Position numbers and translations under genes: made by a program
The notes under the pieces: generated by a model
Told to the model about the DNA's origin: nothing
Database searches by the model: none
What the model saw: only the letters and a program-made list of their open reading frames with translations
In this document: positions 29,259-39,627 of the stretch, piece by piece
How the letters are laid out: the number at the start of each line of letters is the position of its first letter
Position numbering within the stretch: the first letter of the stretch is position 1
Assembly (NCBI GenBank): GCA_047284725.1
Contig: JBJBEO010000001.1
Coordinates: forward strand, 224,001-288,000
Direction of reading: 5' to 3'
Length of the DNA stretch: 64,000 nt
Source: Synechococcus sp.
GTDB lineage: Bacteria > Cyanobacteriota > Cyanobacteriia > PCC-6307 > Cyanobiaceae

Positions 29259-30446
29259 ATGACTGCGCTGTCTGCCCGTTGGCATCGCTCGTTGCGGGAG
29301 ATCCCCGAAGAGCGATGGCAACAGCTTGTCGGCGATGCAGCGACACCCTTTTACCGCTGGGATTGGCTGGTCGCTCTTGAAGAGTCAGGCAGCATCATCC
29401 CTGAGCAGGGTTGGCAGCCACTGCACCTCTCGATTTGGCGTGACCAAAGCCAGCTGGTGGCTGTTGCACCGCTTTATCTCAAGGGGCACAGCTATGGCGA
29501 ATTTGTGTTCGACCAGGTTTTTGCTCGGTTGGCAGCTGATTTAGGCGAGCGTTACTACCCCAAGCTTGTTGGGATGAGTCCTGTGAGCCCGGTCGAGGGC
29601 TATCGCTTTCATGTCGCTCCTGGGGAAGATCTCGCTGAGCTCACGGCGTTGATGTTGAAGCTGATTGACCAATTTGCCGCTCAGCATGGAATCTTGAGCT
29701 GCAATTTTCTGTATGTGGATCCGGCTTGGCGGCCTTTCGCGGAGGCGGCCGGTTGTGCCACGTGGATGAATCAGCAGAGCCTGTGGTCTTCCGAAGGCCA
29801 GTCTACATTCAGCGACTATCTTTCCCGCTTCAATGCCAATCAAAGGCGGAATATTAAGCGTGAGCGTCGTGCTGTTCAGCGCGCTGGTCTTGCGGTGACT
29901 CCCTTAACGGGTGACGCCTTGGATGCGTCCTTGTTGCAGCGAATGCATGCCTTTTATGAGCAGCATTGTGCCCGATGGGGGATGTGGGGCAGCAAGTATC
30001 TCGAGCCTGGTTTCTTTGATCAGTTGAGCCTCCCTGCGCTTCGTGATCGGGTTGTTCTGTTCAGTGCCCATCGCGGTGATGCGTTCGATCCTGTGGCGAT
30101 GTCTCTGTGCATCCAGGATGATCAGCGGCTTTGGGGGCGTTACTGGGGAAGCGATGAAGAGATCGATTGCCTGCATTTTGAGGTGTGTTATTACGCGCCG
30201 ATTGAATGGGCTTTGAAGCGGGGGTTGGCGTGCTTTGATCCCGGAGCAGGCGGGGGTCACAAGCGTCGCCGTGGTTTTGTTGCCCGACCGCATGCCAGCT
30301 TGCACCGTTGGTATCACGCTGGAATGGATCAGTTGATTCGCGGCTGGTTGCCGCAAGCCAATGCCCTGATGCTGGAAGAGATCGATGCGATCAACGCAGA
30401 CTTGCCCTTCAACGCGGATCTCCCCGGTTTGTCATTTGTAGGCTGA
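29259..30446 (+). CDS. FemAB-like/GNAT-fold protein (DUF482 family)
   Basis: PLYLKGHSYGEFVFDQ, YYPKL, LWGRYWG, LHFEVCYY, GAGGGHKRRRGF. Confidence 0.85.
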   Translation: MTALSARWHRSLREIPEERWQQLVGDAATPFYRWDWLVALEESGSIIPEQGWQPLHLSIWRDQSQLVAVAPLYLKGHSYGEFVFDQVFARLAADLGERYYPKLVGMSPVSPVEGYRFHVAPGEDLAELTALMLKLIDQFAAQHGILSCNFLYVDPAWRPFAEAAGCATWMNQQSLWSSEGQSTFSDYLSRFNANQRRNIKRERRAVQRAGLAVTPLTGDALDASLLQRMHAFYEQHCARWGMWGSKYLEPGFFDQLSLPALRDRVVLFSAHRGDAFDPVAMSLCIQDDQRLWGRYWGSDEEIDCLHFEVCYYAPIEWALKRGLACFDPGAGGGHKRRRGFVARPHASLHRWYHAGMDQLIRGWLPQANALMLEEIDAINADLPFNADLPGLSFVG

Positions 30447-30450
30447 GGGC

Positions 30451-30852
30451 ATGGCCGACTTCACCTCCGTCTCTGCTCTTGCGCAGGAGCTTCATGATCT
30501 GGATGATCGTTTATCGCAACGGTTCATCTCCCTGGATCCTGCCGGCTATTTTCTGATTCGACTTGATCGCGATGCCAGGGAGCTTGTGGTTGAGCATTTC
30601 AGCAACAACTTGAACGAGCAGGGCTTAGCCACGGACCCTGAAACCGGTGAGGTGTTGTCTTGTCGTGGTGGATCGGTGCGCGCTCCGTCGGGGGTGTATC
30701 GCGCCCGTACGGCCAAAGAGATGGGAATCCAGCTCACAGAAGGGGATGGTCCCCATCCGCTCACCTGCTTAGATCATGCTCTGTATTTGGGCAGAGAGTT
30801 GCAGCGTGCTGAACGCGCCCTTCATCAAGGATTCGACTACGTCCAGGACTGA
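30451..30852 (+). CDS. DUF4346-domain protein
   Basis: LDPAGYFLI...DHALYLGRELQRAE...YVQD signature. Confidence 0.82.
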   Translation: MADFTSVSALAQELHDLDDRLSQRFISLDPAGYFLIRLDRDARELVVEHFSNNLNEQGLATDPETGEVLSCRGGSVRAPSGVYRARTAKEMGIQLTEGDGPHPLTCLDHALYLGRELQRAERALHQGFDYVQD

Positions 30853-30895
30853 CCTCTGGTCCCGTTCTGACCGAACCAGAGGCCTCATCGGCGTG

Positions 30896-32470
30896 TCAGG
30901 CAGGTTGGAGCTCGCGGGTGCTGCGGGGCTCCTCCGGCGGTAGCGATTCAAGCTGTTCGCGGATTTCGCGCTGAACAATGGCGCGATATTCAAGGAAGTG
31001 TTCGTTGTGGGCCAAAACCACGAGGAACTGTTCCAGCATGGCTGGATTGTTGCGTGCCATCCCAAGCATGTATCGCCAGAACCGGGTGCGGGTGTTGCGT
31101 TTGATTCCCTGGCGCCAAATCACAATGGAAAGCGCACGTAAGTCGGTGAAGGTGGGTAGTTTCGCTTTGCCTTTCCACCGGGGAGCTCCCATTTTCAGGT
31201 AATAGGAATACACCCGATCCATGTAGGCATTCGGTTCATAGAGGGCACAGAAGGCTTCCACATATTCGTTGGCAATATCGCGGATGGGTCGTGTGGGCTT
31301 GAAGTTCAGAAGGTTGGTCTGATTGACCCCTTTTGCCGCGTCTTTGTCTTGGATCAAGCGACCTTCTTTCTCCAGGCGAGCCCACAGTGCCGTGTTAGGC
31401 AGAGCTTGCAGCATGCCCATCATTGCGGCGGGAATGCCGGTGCGGGTGACGAAGTCGACGATGCGACGACCAGCCCCATCTTTTTCGCCATCAAAGCCAA
31501 TGATGAACCCTGCCATCACGCGAATCCCGTTGGCAGTGATGCGATCGACGGCCGCATCCAGTGGATTGCGCGTGTTCTGAACCTTACGTGCCGTTTCAAG
31601 GCTGGATTCATCGGGTGTTTCGATGCCAAGAAACACACTTTCGAAGCGCGCTTCGTGCATCATTCGCATCATTTCATCATCGTCGGCGAGGTCTACGGAG
31701 GCTTCGGTGGCAAAACTGAAGGGGTAGCCGCGCTCTTCCTGCCAGGTCTTGATCTGCGGGAGCAGCAGTTTGGCGTTGCGTTTGTTGCCGATGAAGTTGT
31801 CATCCACCAAAAAGATGGAGCGACGCCAACCCAGGTCGTAGAGATATTGCAGCTCGGCAATCAGTTGTTCCGGTGTTTTCGTTCGAGGCTTTCTGCCATA
31901 CAGCACGATGATGTCGCAGAACTCACAATTGAAGGGGCAGCCCCTGGAGAACTGCACGCTCATGGAGTCGTAGGCGTCGAGCTCAAGAAGATCGAAGCGT
32001 GGAATCGGGGTGGACGTCACATCAGGCTTGTCCCCCTCAGCGCTGAAGCGACCGCTGGTGTCACCGCGCTGAATGGCTTCCACGAAAAGCGGAAGGGTGA
32101 TCTCCCCTTCATCCAACACCTTGAAATCGGCTTGGGCGATTTCCGGAGCATCGGGGGTGGAGCTGGCATAAGGACCGCCAACGGCCACGGTGAGGCCCCG
32201 CCGTTTCGCCTCTCCGATCAAGCTCTGCATGTCGTCCTTCTGGACGATCATGCCCGAGATCACCACTAGTTCCGCCCATTGCCATTCCGCTTCGGTAACT
32301 TCCCGCACATTGCGGTCGACCAACTTCATCTCCCACTCTTGGGGAAGCAGCGCAGCCACCGTGGCCAGGCCCAGCGGAGGTAGGAGGACCTTCCGATTCA
32401 CCAGTTCGAGGATCTTCTCGTAGCTCCAGAAGGTTTTCGGGAACTGGGGATAAAGGAACAGGGTGCGCAT
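30896..32470 (-). CDS. B12-binding radical SAM protein
   Basis: PPLGLATVA cobalamin-binding domain and SRGCPFNCEFC (CxxxCxxC). Start at ATG 32470. Confidence 0.9.
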   Translation of the reverse strand: MRTLFLYPQFPKTFWSYEKILELVNRKVLLPPLGLATVAALLPQEWEMKLVDRNVREVTEAEWQWAELVVISGMIVQKDDMQSLIGEAKRRGLTVAVGGPYASSTPDAPEIAQADFKVLDEGEITLPLFVEAIQRGDTSGRFSAEGDKPDVTSTPIPRFDLLELDAYDSMSVQFSRGCPFNCEFCDIIVLYGRKPRTKTPEQLIAELQYLYDLGWRRSIFLVDDNFIGNKRNAKLLLPQIKTWQEERGYPFSFATEASVDLADDDEMMRMMHEARFESVFLGIETPDESSLETARKVQNTRNPLDAAVDRITANGIRVMAGFIIGFDGEKDGAGRRIVDFVTRTGIPAAMMGMLQALPNTALWARLEKEGRLIQDKDAAKGVNQTNLLNFKPTRPIRDIANEYVEAFCALYEPNAYMDRVYSYYLKMGAPRWKGKAKLPTFTDLRALSIVIWRQGIKRNTRTRFWRYMLGMARNNPAMLEQFLVVLAHNEHFLEYRAIVQREIREQLESLPPEEPRSTRELQPA

Positions 32471-32645
32471 GGGAACGTCGTGACGGGTTGATGGTGAGAA
32501 CGGTGAGCTGCAGAGGAGGGAGCAGGTGGCCGACCGTGGTGCGGACCCGTCTGAGTTCGGGGCAAACAATGCATCAACCTTAGGGGGTATCCGGTGAAGA
32601 CAGCCCCAAGGTCTGATCTAATAGGGAGGTCTTTCCATCAGTGCC

Positions 32646-32738
32646 GTGGGCGTTGTCTTTTATCTGGGTCTTGTCGGTGCCGGTCTGGTGACGGCCGCTG
32701 TGATCGGTGCGGTGCTGCGTGGCATCAAGCTGATCTGA
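32646..32738 (+). CDS. petL: Cytochrome b6f subunit PetL (30 aa)
   Basis: Manual translation MGVVFYLGLVGAGLVTAAVIGAVLRGIKLI*: single TM helix ending in IKLI, upstream GGGAGG. Too short for the ORF track. Confidence 0.8.
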   Translation: MGVVFYLGLVGAGLVTAAVIGAVLRGIKLI

Positions 32739-32741
32739 TTG

Positions 32742-33986
32742 TCATTGCAGCTTTGGAACGGTGCTCCCCACCTCGGGTAGCACTGTTCCACCGCGTCTCC
32801 AGATTTCCCAAGACGCCACCAGCAAACCAACGCCTCCAGCGGTGGCGAATGTGGCCTGAAGCCCGAGTGTGCTGGCAATCATTGCGGCAATTAATCCGCT
32901 CATTCCGCCTCCGCCCAGAAAGGCGATCTGACTCAGACCGGCCATCCGGCCGCGAATCACCTGGGGAGTTCCTATCTGGGTGATCAGATTGGCTGCGCTC
33001 AGCAGCCCTGCTGTTCCAGCACCGATCAGAAAGGCCATCGCCAGCACCCACCCGATTGCCTTGCTGCTGGCCATCCCGAGTTGGGCCAGAGCTGTGATCA
33101 AACCAAAACACCCCAGGGTCATGGCCGGCAAACGGCTGAAACGATGACTGTTGCGCTGCAACACGATTCCGCCAGCGATGCTTCCTGCCGCCAGAACGCT
33201 GGTGAACAGCCCAAGGTCTTGAGGGCTTTCTCCCAAGGTTTTGGCGGCAATCAGCGGGGCGAGCCCAGGGTGGAAAAAGCCGACCACGCAGATCAGTGCC
33301 GTGAATTTCAGCGCATGGCGCAGGATCGGTCCACAGTCTCGCCATGCCGACTGCAGGGATGTTGTGCCGGCCTGGGTGCTGCGTTGTTCCAGGGCGCGGT
33401 TGGGGTTCAGCAACCAGATCACGCTGGCGATCGGCAGCAGGTAGCTCAGGGCGTCGAGGCTGAGGGCTGTTGCAGGACCTGTCAAGGCCACGAGCCAGCC
33501 CCCCAGAGGTGGTCCCACCAGTTTTCCGACGTTGAACACCACCGAGAAACTGGTCAGGTAAGGCGCCAGCTGTTTTGGTTCGTCCACAAGGAGTGCGCAG
33601 TATTTGTTGCGGGCGGTGAGCTCATAGGAACTGGCAATGCCCATCAACAGCGTGCTCAGCAGCAGAATCAGAACCTGTGCCTGACCGCTGAGCAGCGGGA
33701 TGGCCATGGCGGCCAGCAACCCTGCACCCAAGAGGGCCCACTGGGCCTGCACCAGAACCCGCTCACATCCCAGCCGGTCGGTGCGGACTCCGGCCGGACC
33801 GCTCACCAACAGGGTCGGCAGGGACAGCGCTGCAAAGTGCAACGCCAGCAGCATGGCGTTCTGGGTGCCGCTCATCAGGATCCAGCCCTTGGCTGTGAGC
33901 CCGGCGAAGGATCCCGCCGTGCTCAGGCCTGAGGCGATCAAAAACAGTGTGCGCTGCTGCTGAAGACTGAACGATCGATCACTCAC
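32742..33986 (-). CDS. MFS transporter
   Basis: About 12 TM segments, GVRTDRLG motif A-like, IRGRMAG. Confidence 0.87.
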   Translation of the reverse strand: MSDRSFSLQQQRTLFLIASGLSTAGSFAGLTAKGWILMSGTQNAMLLALHFAALSLPTLLVSGPAGVRTDRLGCERVLVQAQWALLGAGLLAAMAIPLLSGQAQVLILLLSTLLMGIASSYELTARNKYCALLVDEPKQLAPYLTSFSVVFNVGKLVGPPLGGWLVALTGPATALSLDALSYLLPIASVIWLLNPNRALEQRSTQAGTTSLQSAWRDCGPILRHALKFTALICVVGFFHPGLAPLIAAKTLGESPQDLGLFTSVLAAGSIAGGIVLQRNSHRFSRLPAMTLGCFGLITALAQLGMASSKAIGWVLAMAFLIGAGTAGLLSAANLITQIGTPQVIRGRMAGLSQIAFLGGGGMSGLIAAMIASTLGLQATFATAGGVGLLVASWEIWRRGGTVLPEVGSTVPKLQ

Positions 33987-35380
33987 GAGCCGTGACGCAC
34001 CGCCGCCACCATGGCAGCTGCACCCACGACTTTTCCGGTGAGGTCGTAGACATCGGAGCCGGTGATCAGCACGGGCACCATCGTGCCGGGGCTGGCCTGA
34101 AGTCCGTTGTCGCCTGGATGGACAAGCACCTCTCCGTCCACTTCGGGGGCGAACCGGGAGCAGCGACCGATCATCTCTCCGGTGCTGGGGTTGTGCTGCT
34201 CGATCAGGACATCAACGGTGCGGCCCACCCAACGGCTGTTGCCGGCGGCGGAGATGGGTTGCTGCAGGGTCATCAGCCGGTCTTTGCGGGCGATGGCGAT
34301 CTCTTCCGGAACGTGATCGGGGAGGGTCGCCGCCGGCGTGCCGTCTTCAGGGGAGAACGTGAACACGCCCACATGGTCAAAACGCTGGCGCTCGATGAAC
34401 GAAGCAAGGTGCTCGAACTGCTCTTCGGTTTCCCCTGGGAAGCCCACGATCAAGGTGGTGCGGAGCACCGCGTCGGGGAGCTGGTCACGAATCTGGTCGA
34501 GCAGACGCTCATTCACATCCGCTTGCCAGGGCCGATTCATCGCCCGCAGCACATCCGGGTGGCTGTGCTGCAAGGGCAGATCGAGATAGGGCAGCACATT
34601 CGGCACGTCGCGGTATGCAGCCAGCACCTCTGGTGTCAGTCCAGTGGGGTAGGCGTAGTGGACACGGATCCAAGGGATTTCCACCTCACCCAGGGCCCTG
34701 AGCAGATCCGCCAGTCGCGGTTTTCCGTAGAGATCAAGGCCGTAATTGGTCGTGATCTGACTGATCAGGATGAGCTCCTGCACGCCCTGGGCAGCAAGCT
34801 GATGGGCTTCCGCCACGATCGACTCAATCGGTCTTGATCGTTGATTGCCCCGCAGGTGGGGAATGATGCAGAAAGCGCAGCGGTAGTCGCAGCCTTCCGC
34901 CACCTTGAGGTAGGCCACCGCTTCGCCGGTGGTGCGATAGCGAGGCAGGTTCTCATCGCCCACGAATGTCGGGGTCTGGCTCACCCGGTTGACGCGTTCG
35001 CCGGCTTCCACCCGTTGAAGCACATCGACGATGTGTTGATAGTCGCCGGTGCCCACGATCGCCTTGGCTTCAGGCAGCGACTCCAGCAGTTCCTCTTGAA
35101 AATGCTGAGCCAAGCAGCCAGCAATGATGAGCTCCTTGCCCTGTTCCGCGAGGCCCACCAGGGTGCGGACGGATTCTTCGCGGGCATCTTGAATGAAGCT
35201 GCAGGTATTGACCACAACCACATTGGCGTCGTTCTCATCGCTGCTGACGCCATAGCCAGCCTCTGAGAGAAGGCCGAGCATATGCTCGGTGTCAACACGG
35301 TTCTTTTCACAGCCCAGGTGTGAGAACGCCACGGTGGGTCGTGTGTTCTGGGCGCTGACGCGCGTCGCCTCTGCGGCCAT
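33983..35380 (-). CDS. rimO: Ribosomal protein S12 methylthiotransferase
   Basis: [37 protein letters not shown] domain APEVDG. Confidence 0.95.
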   Translation of the reverse strand: MAAEATRVSAQNTRPTVAFSHLGCEKNRVDTEHMLGLLSEAGYGVSSDENDANVVVVNTCSFIQDAREESVRTLVGLAEQGKELIIAGCLAQHFQEELLESLPEAKAIVGTGDYQHIVDVLQRVEAGERVNRVSQTPTFVGDENLPRYRTTGEAVAYLKVAEGCDYRCAFCIIPHLRGNQRSRPIESIVAEAHQLAAQGVQELILISQITTNYGLDLYGKPRLADLLRALGEVEIPWIRVHYAYPTGLTPEVLAAYRDVPNVLPYLDLPLQHSHPDVLRAMNRPWQADVNERLLDQIRDQLPDAVLRTTLIVGFPGETEEQFEHLASFIERQRFDHVGVFTFSPEDGTPAATLPDHVPEEIAIARKDRLMTLQQPISAAGNSRWVGRTVDVLIEQHNPSTGEMIGRCSRFAPEVDGEVLVHPGDNGLQASPGTMVPVLITGSDVYDLTGKVVGAAAMVAAVRHGS

Positions 35381-35516
35381 GGGCTGACCAATAATTCTTC
35401 ACCATACGGTTGCACCCGCAGCCAGGCCCTGAGGGTCACCCTGCGTGAGTGCTGAATCTGCCCCGCTGAACCCTGCGGCGATTCCTGTCACACTGGCTCT
35501 GATTTCACCAGCTTCC

Positions 35517-36488
35517 ATGGCCGCCACGCGCCTCACCAGTCGTCGCCGTCAAGATCCGGGGTCCAAATGGGTTCGCATCGCCATGGCCGTTCTGGCCACG
35601 GTTGGCGTGATTGATACCGGTTCGATCACCCTCAAACGGTGGGGACTGTTTGGTGATCTCACCTGCCCTGCGGGTGGAGATGGGTGCGATCAGGTGCTGA
35701 GCAGTGCCTGGGGGACCCTGTTCAAGGGCGATGGGTTCACGATTCCGCTGTCGTTTGCTGGTCTGCTCGCCTACGCGGTCGTGCTGGTGATGGCGATCCT
35801 GCCGCTTCTTCCCGGATTGGCTGAGAACAAGACCGACCTGTCCCGCCGTACCTGGTGGGGGATGTTTTCGGCGTCTTTGGGGATGACGGTGTTCAGCCTG
35901 GTGCTGATGGGGATCATGGTCTTCAAGATTCCTCTGACCTTGCCTGATCCCCAGGCGATTGGCTCCGTTTGGTGTTTCTTCTGCGTCTTGTCCGCGGTCA
36001 TCTCTTTGTCATTGCTGGTGCTGTCGGTGCTGGGTGGTGGTTGGGACGACATCAGCCAGTTGCTGTTCCGTGGCGTGTTGCTGGCCTTGGCTGTGCTGCT
36101 GGGCAGCTTGATCTGGGCATCGGTGGTGGATCCAGACCGCCCGGCTCAGACACCAGACGGAAAAACTGCTCCTCGCGTCACTACCAGAAGTTCTGAGGCG
36201 AAGGTGGCCCTTGCCGATCACCTCACAGCCGAAGGTGCTGTTCTGTACACCGCGTATTGGTGTCCCCACTGCCATGACCAGAAGCAGCTGTTCGGCAAGG
36301 AGGCTTCATCCAAGCTGAACATCGTGGAGTGTGCTGCCGATGGGGTGAACGGTCAGCCCAAGCTCTGTGCCAGCAAAGGTATTGAGGGTTTCCCCTCCTG
36401 GGAGATCGAAGGCAAGCTTGATTCCGGTGTCAAACCGTTGGATGCGTTGGCCGATCTGTCGGGTTACAAGGGTTCAAAGGCCTTCTGA
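35517..36488 (+). CDS. VKOR-thioredoxin fusion (disulfide bond formation protein)
   Basis: VKOR Cys pair TCPAGGDGC, CFFC, and a Trx domain WCPHC. Confidence 0.9.
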   Translation: MAATRLTSRRRQDPGSKWVRIAMAVLATVGVIDTGSITLKRWGLFGDLTCPAGGDGCDQVLSSAWGTLFKGDGFTIPLSFAGLLAYAVVLVMAILPLLPGLAENKTDLSRRTWWGMFSASLGMTVFSLVLMGIMVFKIPLTLPDPQAIGSVWCFFCVLSAVISLSLLVLSVLGGGWDDISQLLFRGVLLALAVLLGSLIWASVVDPDRPAQTPDGKTAPRVTTRSSEAKVALADHLTAEGAVLYTAYWCPHCHDQKQLFGKEASSKLNIVECAADGVNGQPKLCASKGIEGFPSWEIEGKLDSGVKPLDALADLSGYKGSKAF

Positions 36489-36499
36489 AGCTTTGGTTG

Positions 36500-38179
36500 T
36501 TAGGTGTTGACCGGCCGGGTGTGGATGCTGCGTCCACGCTGCTGCCTGGAATGGCATTGCCATTGCGGCATAGCCAAGGGGGCGTCACCACGGAAATGAC
36601 CACCCCGGCTTTCTTGCCGAAACAGGCAGGCTTCCAGGAGCAGGGCACTGCTGCGATGGCGGTGGTGGAGGTCGAGCAGCAAATTCAGATCCCGCCGACT
36701 GGGCTCCTCGAGAAGATAGTCCTGGTCGCAGGCTTGATTGTTCAGCAGCGTCAGGGCCGCTTCAGCCTCCAAGACCGGCATTGTCTGCAGGGTCTCTCTC
36801 AGGAGGTCACACATGCCGCGCACCGACCGGTCCACTCCAGCCACTGCCCAGCACTGACCGCGCAGCTGGTTGATGGCCTTTGTCATGTCCTCGGTGTTCA
36901 TGCTGCTGCGCAGGTTGGAGCGCAGTGGCTGACGCATTTGGACGGAGGGAAGCGGTGCGAGGTCGCCCCAGGCCGGCAAGTCGATTTGCCTCAGTTGCCT
37001 GGCGTAGACGAGGCATTCCATCAGTGAATTGCTGGCCAGGCGATTGGCCCCATGGACGCCCGTACACGCTGCTTCCCCAACCGCATAGAGACCGGGCACG
37101 TTGGTGGCGGCGTGGTGATCCGTGGCAATGCCCCCCATCCAGTAGTGGGCGGCTGGGGCCACGGGAATGGGCCGTTCGAGGGGGTGCAGTCCGAACGCAC
37201 GGCAGCGTTCCAGGATTGTGGGGAACCGACGCTCTGCTGTTTCGCGGGGGATTGGCCTGAGGTCGAGGCCAGTGTGGTCCGTGCGGAGCCGGCGCATGCT
37301 GTGTACCAGGGCACGACTGACTTGGTCCCTGGGGGCCAGATCGCCCCCAGGCAGTCCGGCGACAGGGCTTCCACCCTCACGATCAATCAGCACCCCTCCC
37401 TCGCCGCGCACAGCTTCGGAAATCAGGAAGCAGGGAGCCCCCGGCACATGAAGAGCGGTGGGATGGAACTGCACGAACTCGAGATCTTCGATGGCAGCAC
37501 CGGCTTGCCAGGCCAGTGCAATGCCTTCCCCTGCCGCCTGGGCTGGGTTCGTGGTGTTGGTGTAGAGATGCCCTCCCCCGCCGGTGGCCAGCACCACCGC
37601 CCTGGCTCTGATCCAGTGCAGCAGGGGCCCGTCCAGGACCTGTACGCCGCAACAGCGTCCGTTGTCGACCCAAAGCTTGCTGACCCGTACACCGCGTCGA
37701 TGCAGCAGGCCAGGCCGTTGTTCGACCTGGTCCCGCAGCACATCCACAAGGGCTCGGCCGGTTTGATCCTGCACATGCAGCACCCGGTGATGGCTGTGGG
37801 CCGCCTCCAGGGTGGTGGCCAGGCTGCCATCACTGTTGCGGTCAAAGGCCATGCCCACTTGCAGCAGCCTCTCAACGCACTGTGGTGCCTGGTCCACGAG
37901 CAGTCGAACGGCATCCCCGTCACAGAGGCCAGCGCCTGCCTGAATCGTGTCGCTGGCGTGGCTGGCCGCGCTGTCGTTCTCACGGGTGACCGACGCGATT
38001 CCCCCTTGCGCCCAGCGACTCGAGGAGCGACGGCTGGTGTTGCGATTGAGCAGCAGAACTTTCAGGCCCTCTGGAAGTTCCAGGCAGGTCATCAAGCCAG
38101 CGGCACCGGCTCCGACGACCACCACATCCCAGGGGCCACTTGGAATCGGGGCTTGACGCCCAGCATGGGAGCTCATCAT
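36500..38179 (-). CDS. nadB: L-aspartate oxidase
   Basis: GAGAAG, SSRWAQGGI, EFVQFHPT, LISEAVRGEG, GVHGANRLASNSLME. Confidence 0.95.
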   Translation of the reverse strand: MMSSHAGRQAPIPSGPWDVVVVGAGAAGLMTCLELPEGLKVLLLNRNTSRRSSSRWAQGGIASVTRENDSAASHASDTIQAGAGLCDGDAVRLLVDQAPQCVERLLQVGMAFDRNSDGSLATTLEAAHSHHRVLHVQDQTGRALVDVLRDQVEQRPGLLHRRGVRVSKLWVDNGRCCGVQVLDGPLLHWIRARAVVLATGGGGHLYTNTTNPAQAAGEGIALAWQAGAAIEDLEFVQFHPTALHVPGAPCFLISEAVRGEGGVLIDREGGSPVAGLPGGDLAPRDQVSRALVHSMRRLRTDHTGLDLRPIPRETAERRFPTILERCRAFGLHPLERPIPVAPAAHYWMGGIATDHHAATNVPGLYAVGEAACTGVHGANRLASNSLMECLVYARQLRQIDLPAWGDLAPLPSVQMRQPLRSNLRSSMNTEDMTKAINQLRGQCWAVAGVDRSVRGMCDLLRETLQTMPVLEAEAALTLLNNQACDQDYLLEEPSRRDLNLLLDLHHRHRSSALLLEACLFRQESRGGHFRGDAPLAMPQWQCHSRQQRGRSIHTRPVNT

Positions 38180-38185
38180 TCCACC

Positions 38186-38214
38186 AAAAAAACCGTCGGC
38201 ATCGCCGACGGTTT
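38186..38214 (-). terminator. Intrinsic terminator after psbU
   Basis: Minus strand AAACCGTCGGC-gat-GCCGACGGTTT followed by a T-run. Confidence 0.8.
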
Positions 38215-38259
38215 GACTTGGGACCTTTCAGCTCGGAACGATGGGTTCAGAACAGACCC

Positions 38260-38637
38260 TCAGCGGTACTGACCATCGTTGATGCGGTCAAAGCCCTCAT
38301 TCAGAGCAATCGAGGGGGCTGTCACGACGAAATTGTCGCGGTACTTGGAGAACAATTCCTTTTGTCGATCGGTGAGATCGAGGCTGAGAACATCGTCCAC
38401 GCTGTCGTAAGGGCCACCCAGCACGATCTTGCCGGCGAGGGTTGGATACATGCCTGGGAATTGCTGGAACCGCCGCACAGACGAGTTGTTGAGGTCGACC
38501 TTGTCGCCACGCTCAGCGATCTTGTCGTCGACCACGTTGCGAATCTCATCGGCATAGGTGGCCTGCGGAAGCATCAGCCCCAGCACTAGGCCTGCCATCA
38601 AAACAACACCAGTCAGCCAGGAGACCAGCCGCTTCAT
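38260..38637 (-). CDS. psbU: Photosystem II 12-kDa extrinsic protein
   Basis: Signal peptide, KVDLNNSSVRRFQQFPGMYPTLAGKIV, DRINDGQYR. Confidence 0.95.
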   Translation of the reverse strand: MKRLVSWLTGVVLMAGLVLGLMLPQATYADEIRNVVDDKIAERGDKVDLNNSSVRRFQQFPGMYPTLAGKIVLGGPYDSVDDVLSLDLTDRQKELFSKYRDNFVVTAPSIALNEGFDRINDGQYR

Positions 38638-38749
38638 CGGAACACTCCGTCGGGAATCGGAACGAGACTTCCGGCATTGCCGGTAGGGGCACCTTACAAG
38701 TGAGCAATGGCCAATCTCCTGCTCTTGATGCGACCTTTTGCAGTTCGTT

Positions 38750-39511
38750 TCAGATCAGGCCGCTGAAGCTGGGATGAACGAGGGCCATCAGCAGGAACAA
38801 TCCATCCACCATCACGGTGGTCACCAGCACAGAGGCACCGACAGCCCAGCATTCGGAATGCATCAAGGACCATCGGCTGCGGCTTTGCATGCTGTTGGCC
38901 ATGGAGAGAATCGCAGCGGCCAATCCGATCATCACCAGCAGTGGCAGCGGATGACGCAGAGATGCGGCGGCGGTGTTGAGCATGGGCCCCGCTTCTGCAA
39001 GCTCTGCTTGCACCACCTCCGGCCAGAAGCGCATCACCCCAGTCAGTGCCATGGCGAGATCGGTGATCGCGGTACCCACCAATGAGGCGAGATAGAAGGC
39101 GCATCCCAGTCGCCAGCGACTGCTCAGACCGGTCAGTGCCAGGGGAAGGGCGATCGCTTCCACCGGTAGATGCCAGCTGGGGTGCGCTCTCAGCCACCCC
39201 CAGAACAGACTCCCCGCCAGCCAGCTCCCGCTGAATCCCAGGAGCAGGGAACCTCCCAGGCGCAGTGGCGGTTGCTGCTGCAACTCCAGACTGATGGCCA
39301 GAGCCAGCAGCACTGCTGTGAAAACACAGGCACTGAAAGGATGCAGCCGTACCCAGGGTGCCTGAAGAAACACTGGCAACACCACAAGAACAGCCGCCCA
39401 GATCTGCAAGCCCCGATGCTGACCGCTGCCGGGACCTGCGTTTGCCAGTGTCGATGGAGTCTCGAGCCTGGGGTGATCCAGCGCATTGGGTTGGATCAGA
39501 CCGCTGGGCAA
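38750..39511 (-). CDS. DUF3120-family membrane protein
   Basis: LPVFLQAPWVR...WLAGSLFWGW...HLPVEAIALP...SLVGTAITD. Start uncertain. Confidence 0.8.
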   Translation of the reverse strand: MPSGLIQPNALDHPRLETPSTLANAGPGSGQHRGLQIWAAVLVVLPVFLQAPWVRLHPFSACVFTAVLLALAISLELQQQPPLRLGGSLLLGFSGSWLAGSLFWGWLRAHPSWHLPVEAIALPLALTGLSSRWRLGCAFYLASLVGTAITDLAMALTGVMRFWPEVVQAELAEAGPMLNTAAASLRHPLPLLVMIGLAAAILSMANSMQSRSRWSLMHSECWAVGASVLVTTVMVDGLFLLMALVHPSFSGLI

Positions 39512-39627
39512 GGGGGATGACTCCTGAACTGTGAAGAAAGAACCGAAACCTTAGAAGAGTCTTGTGCAGAAGGGGGTGGCGCCATGGCCTGAATCGACAT
39601 AGCGTCACTGCGCTGTTGCCCTTTTCG

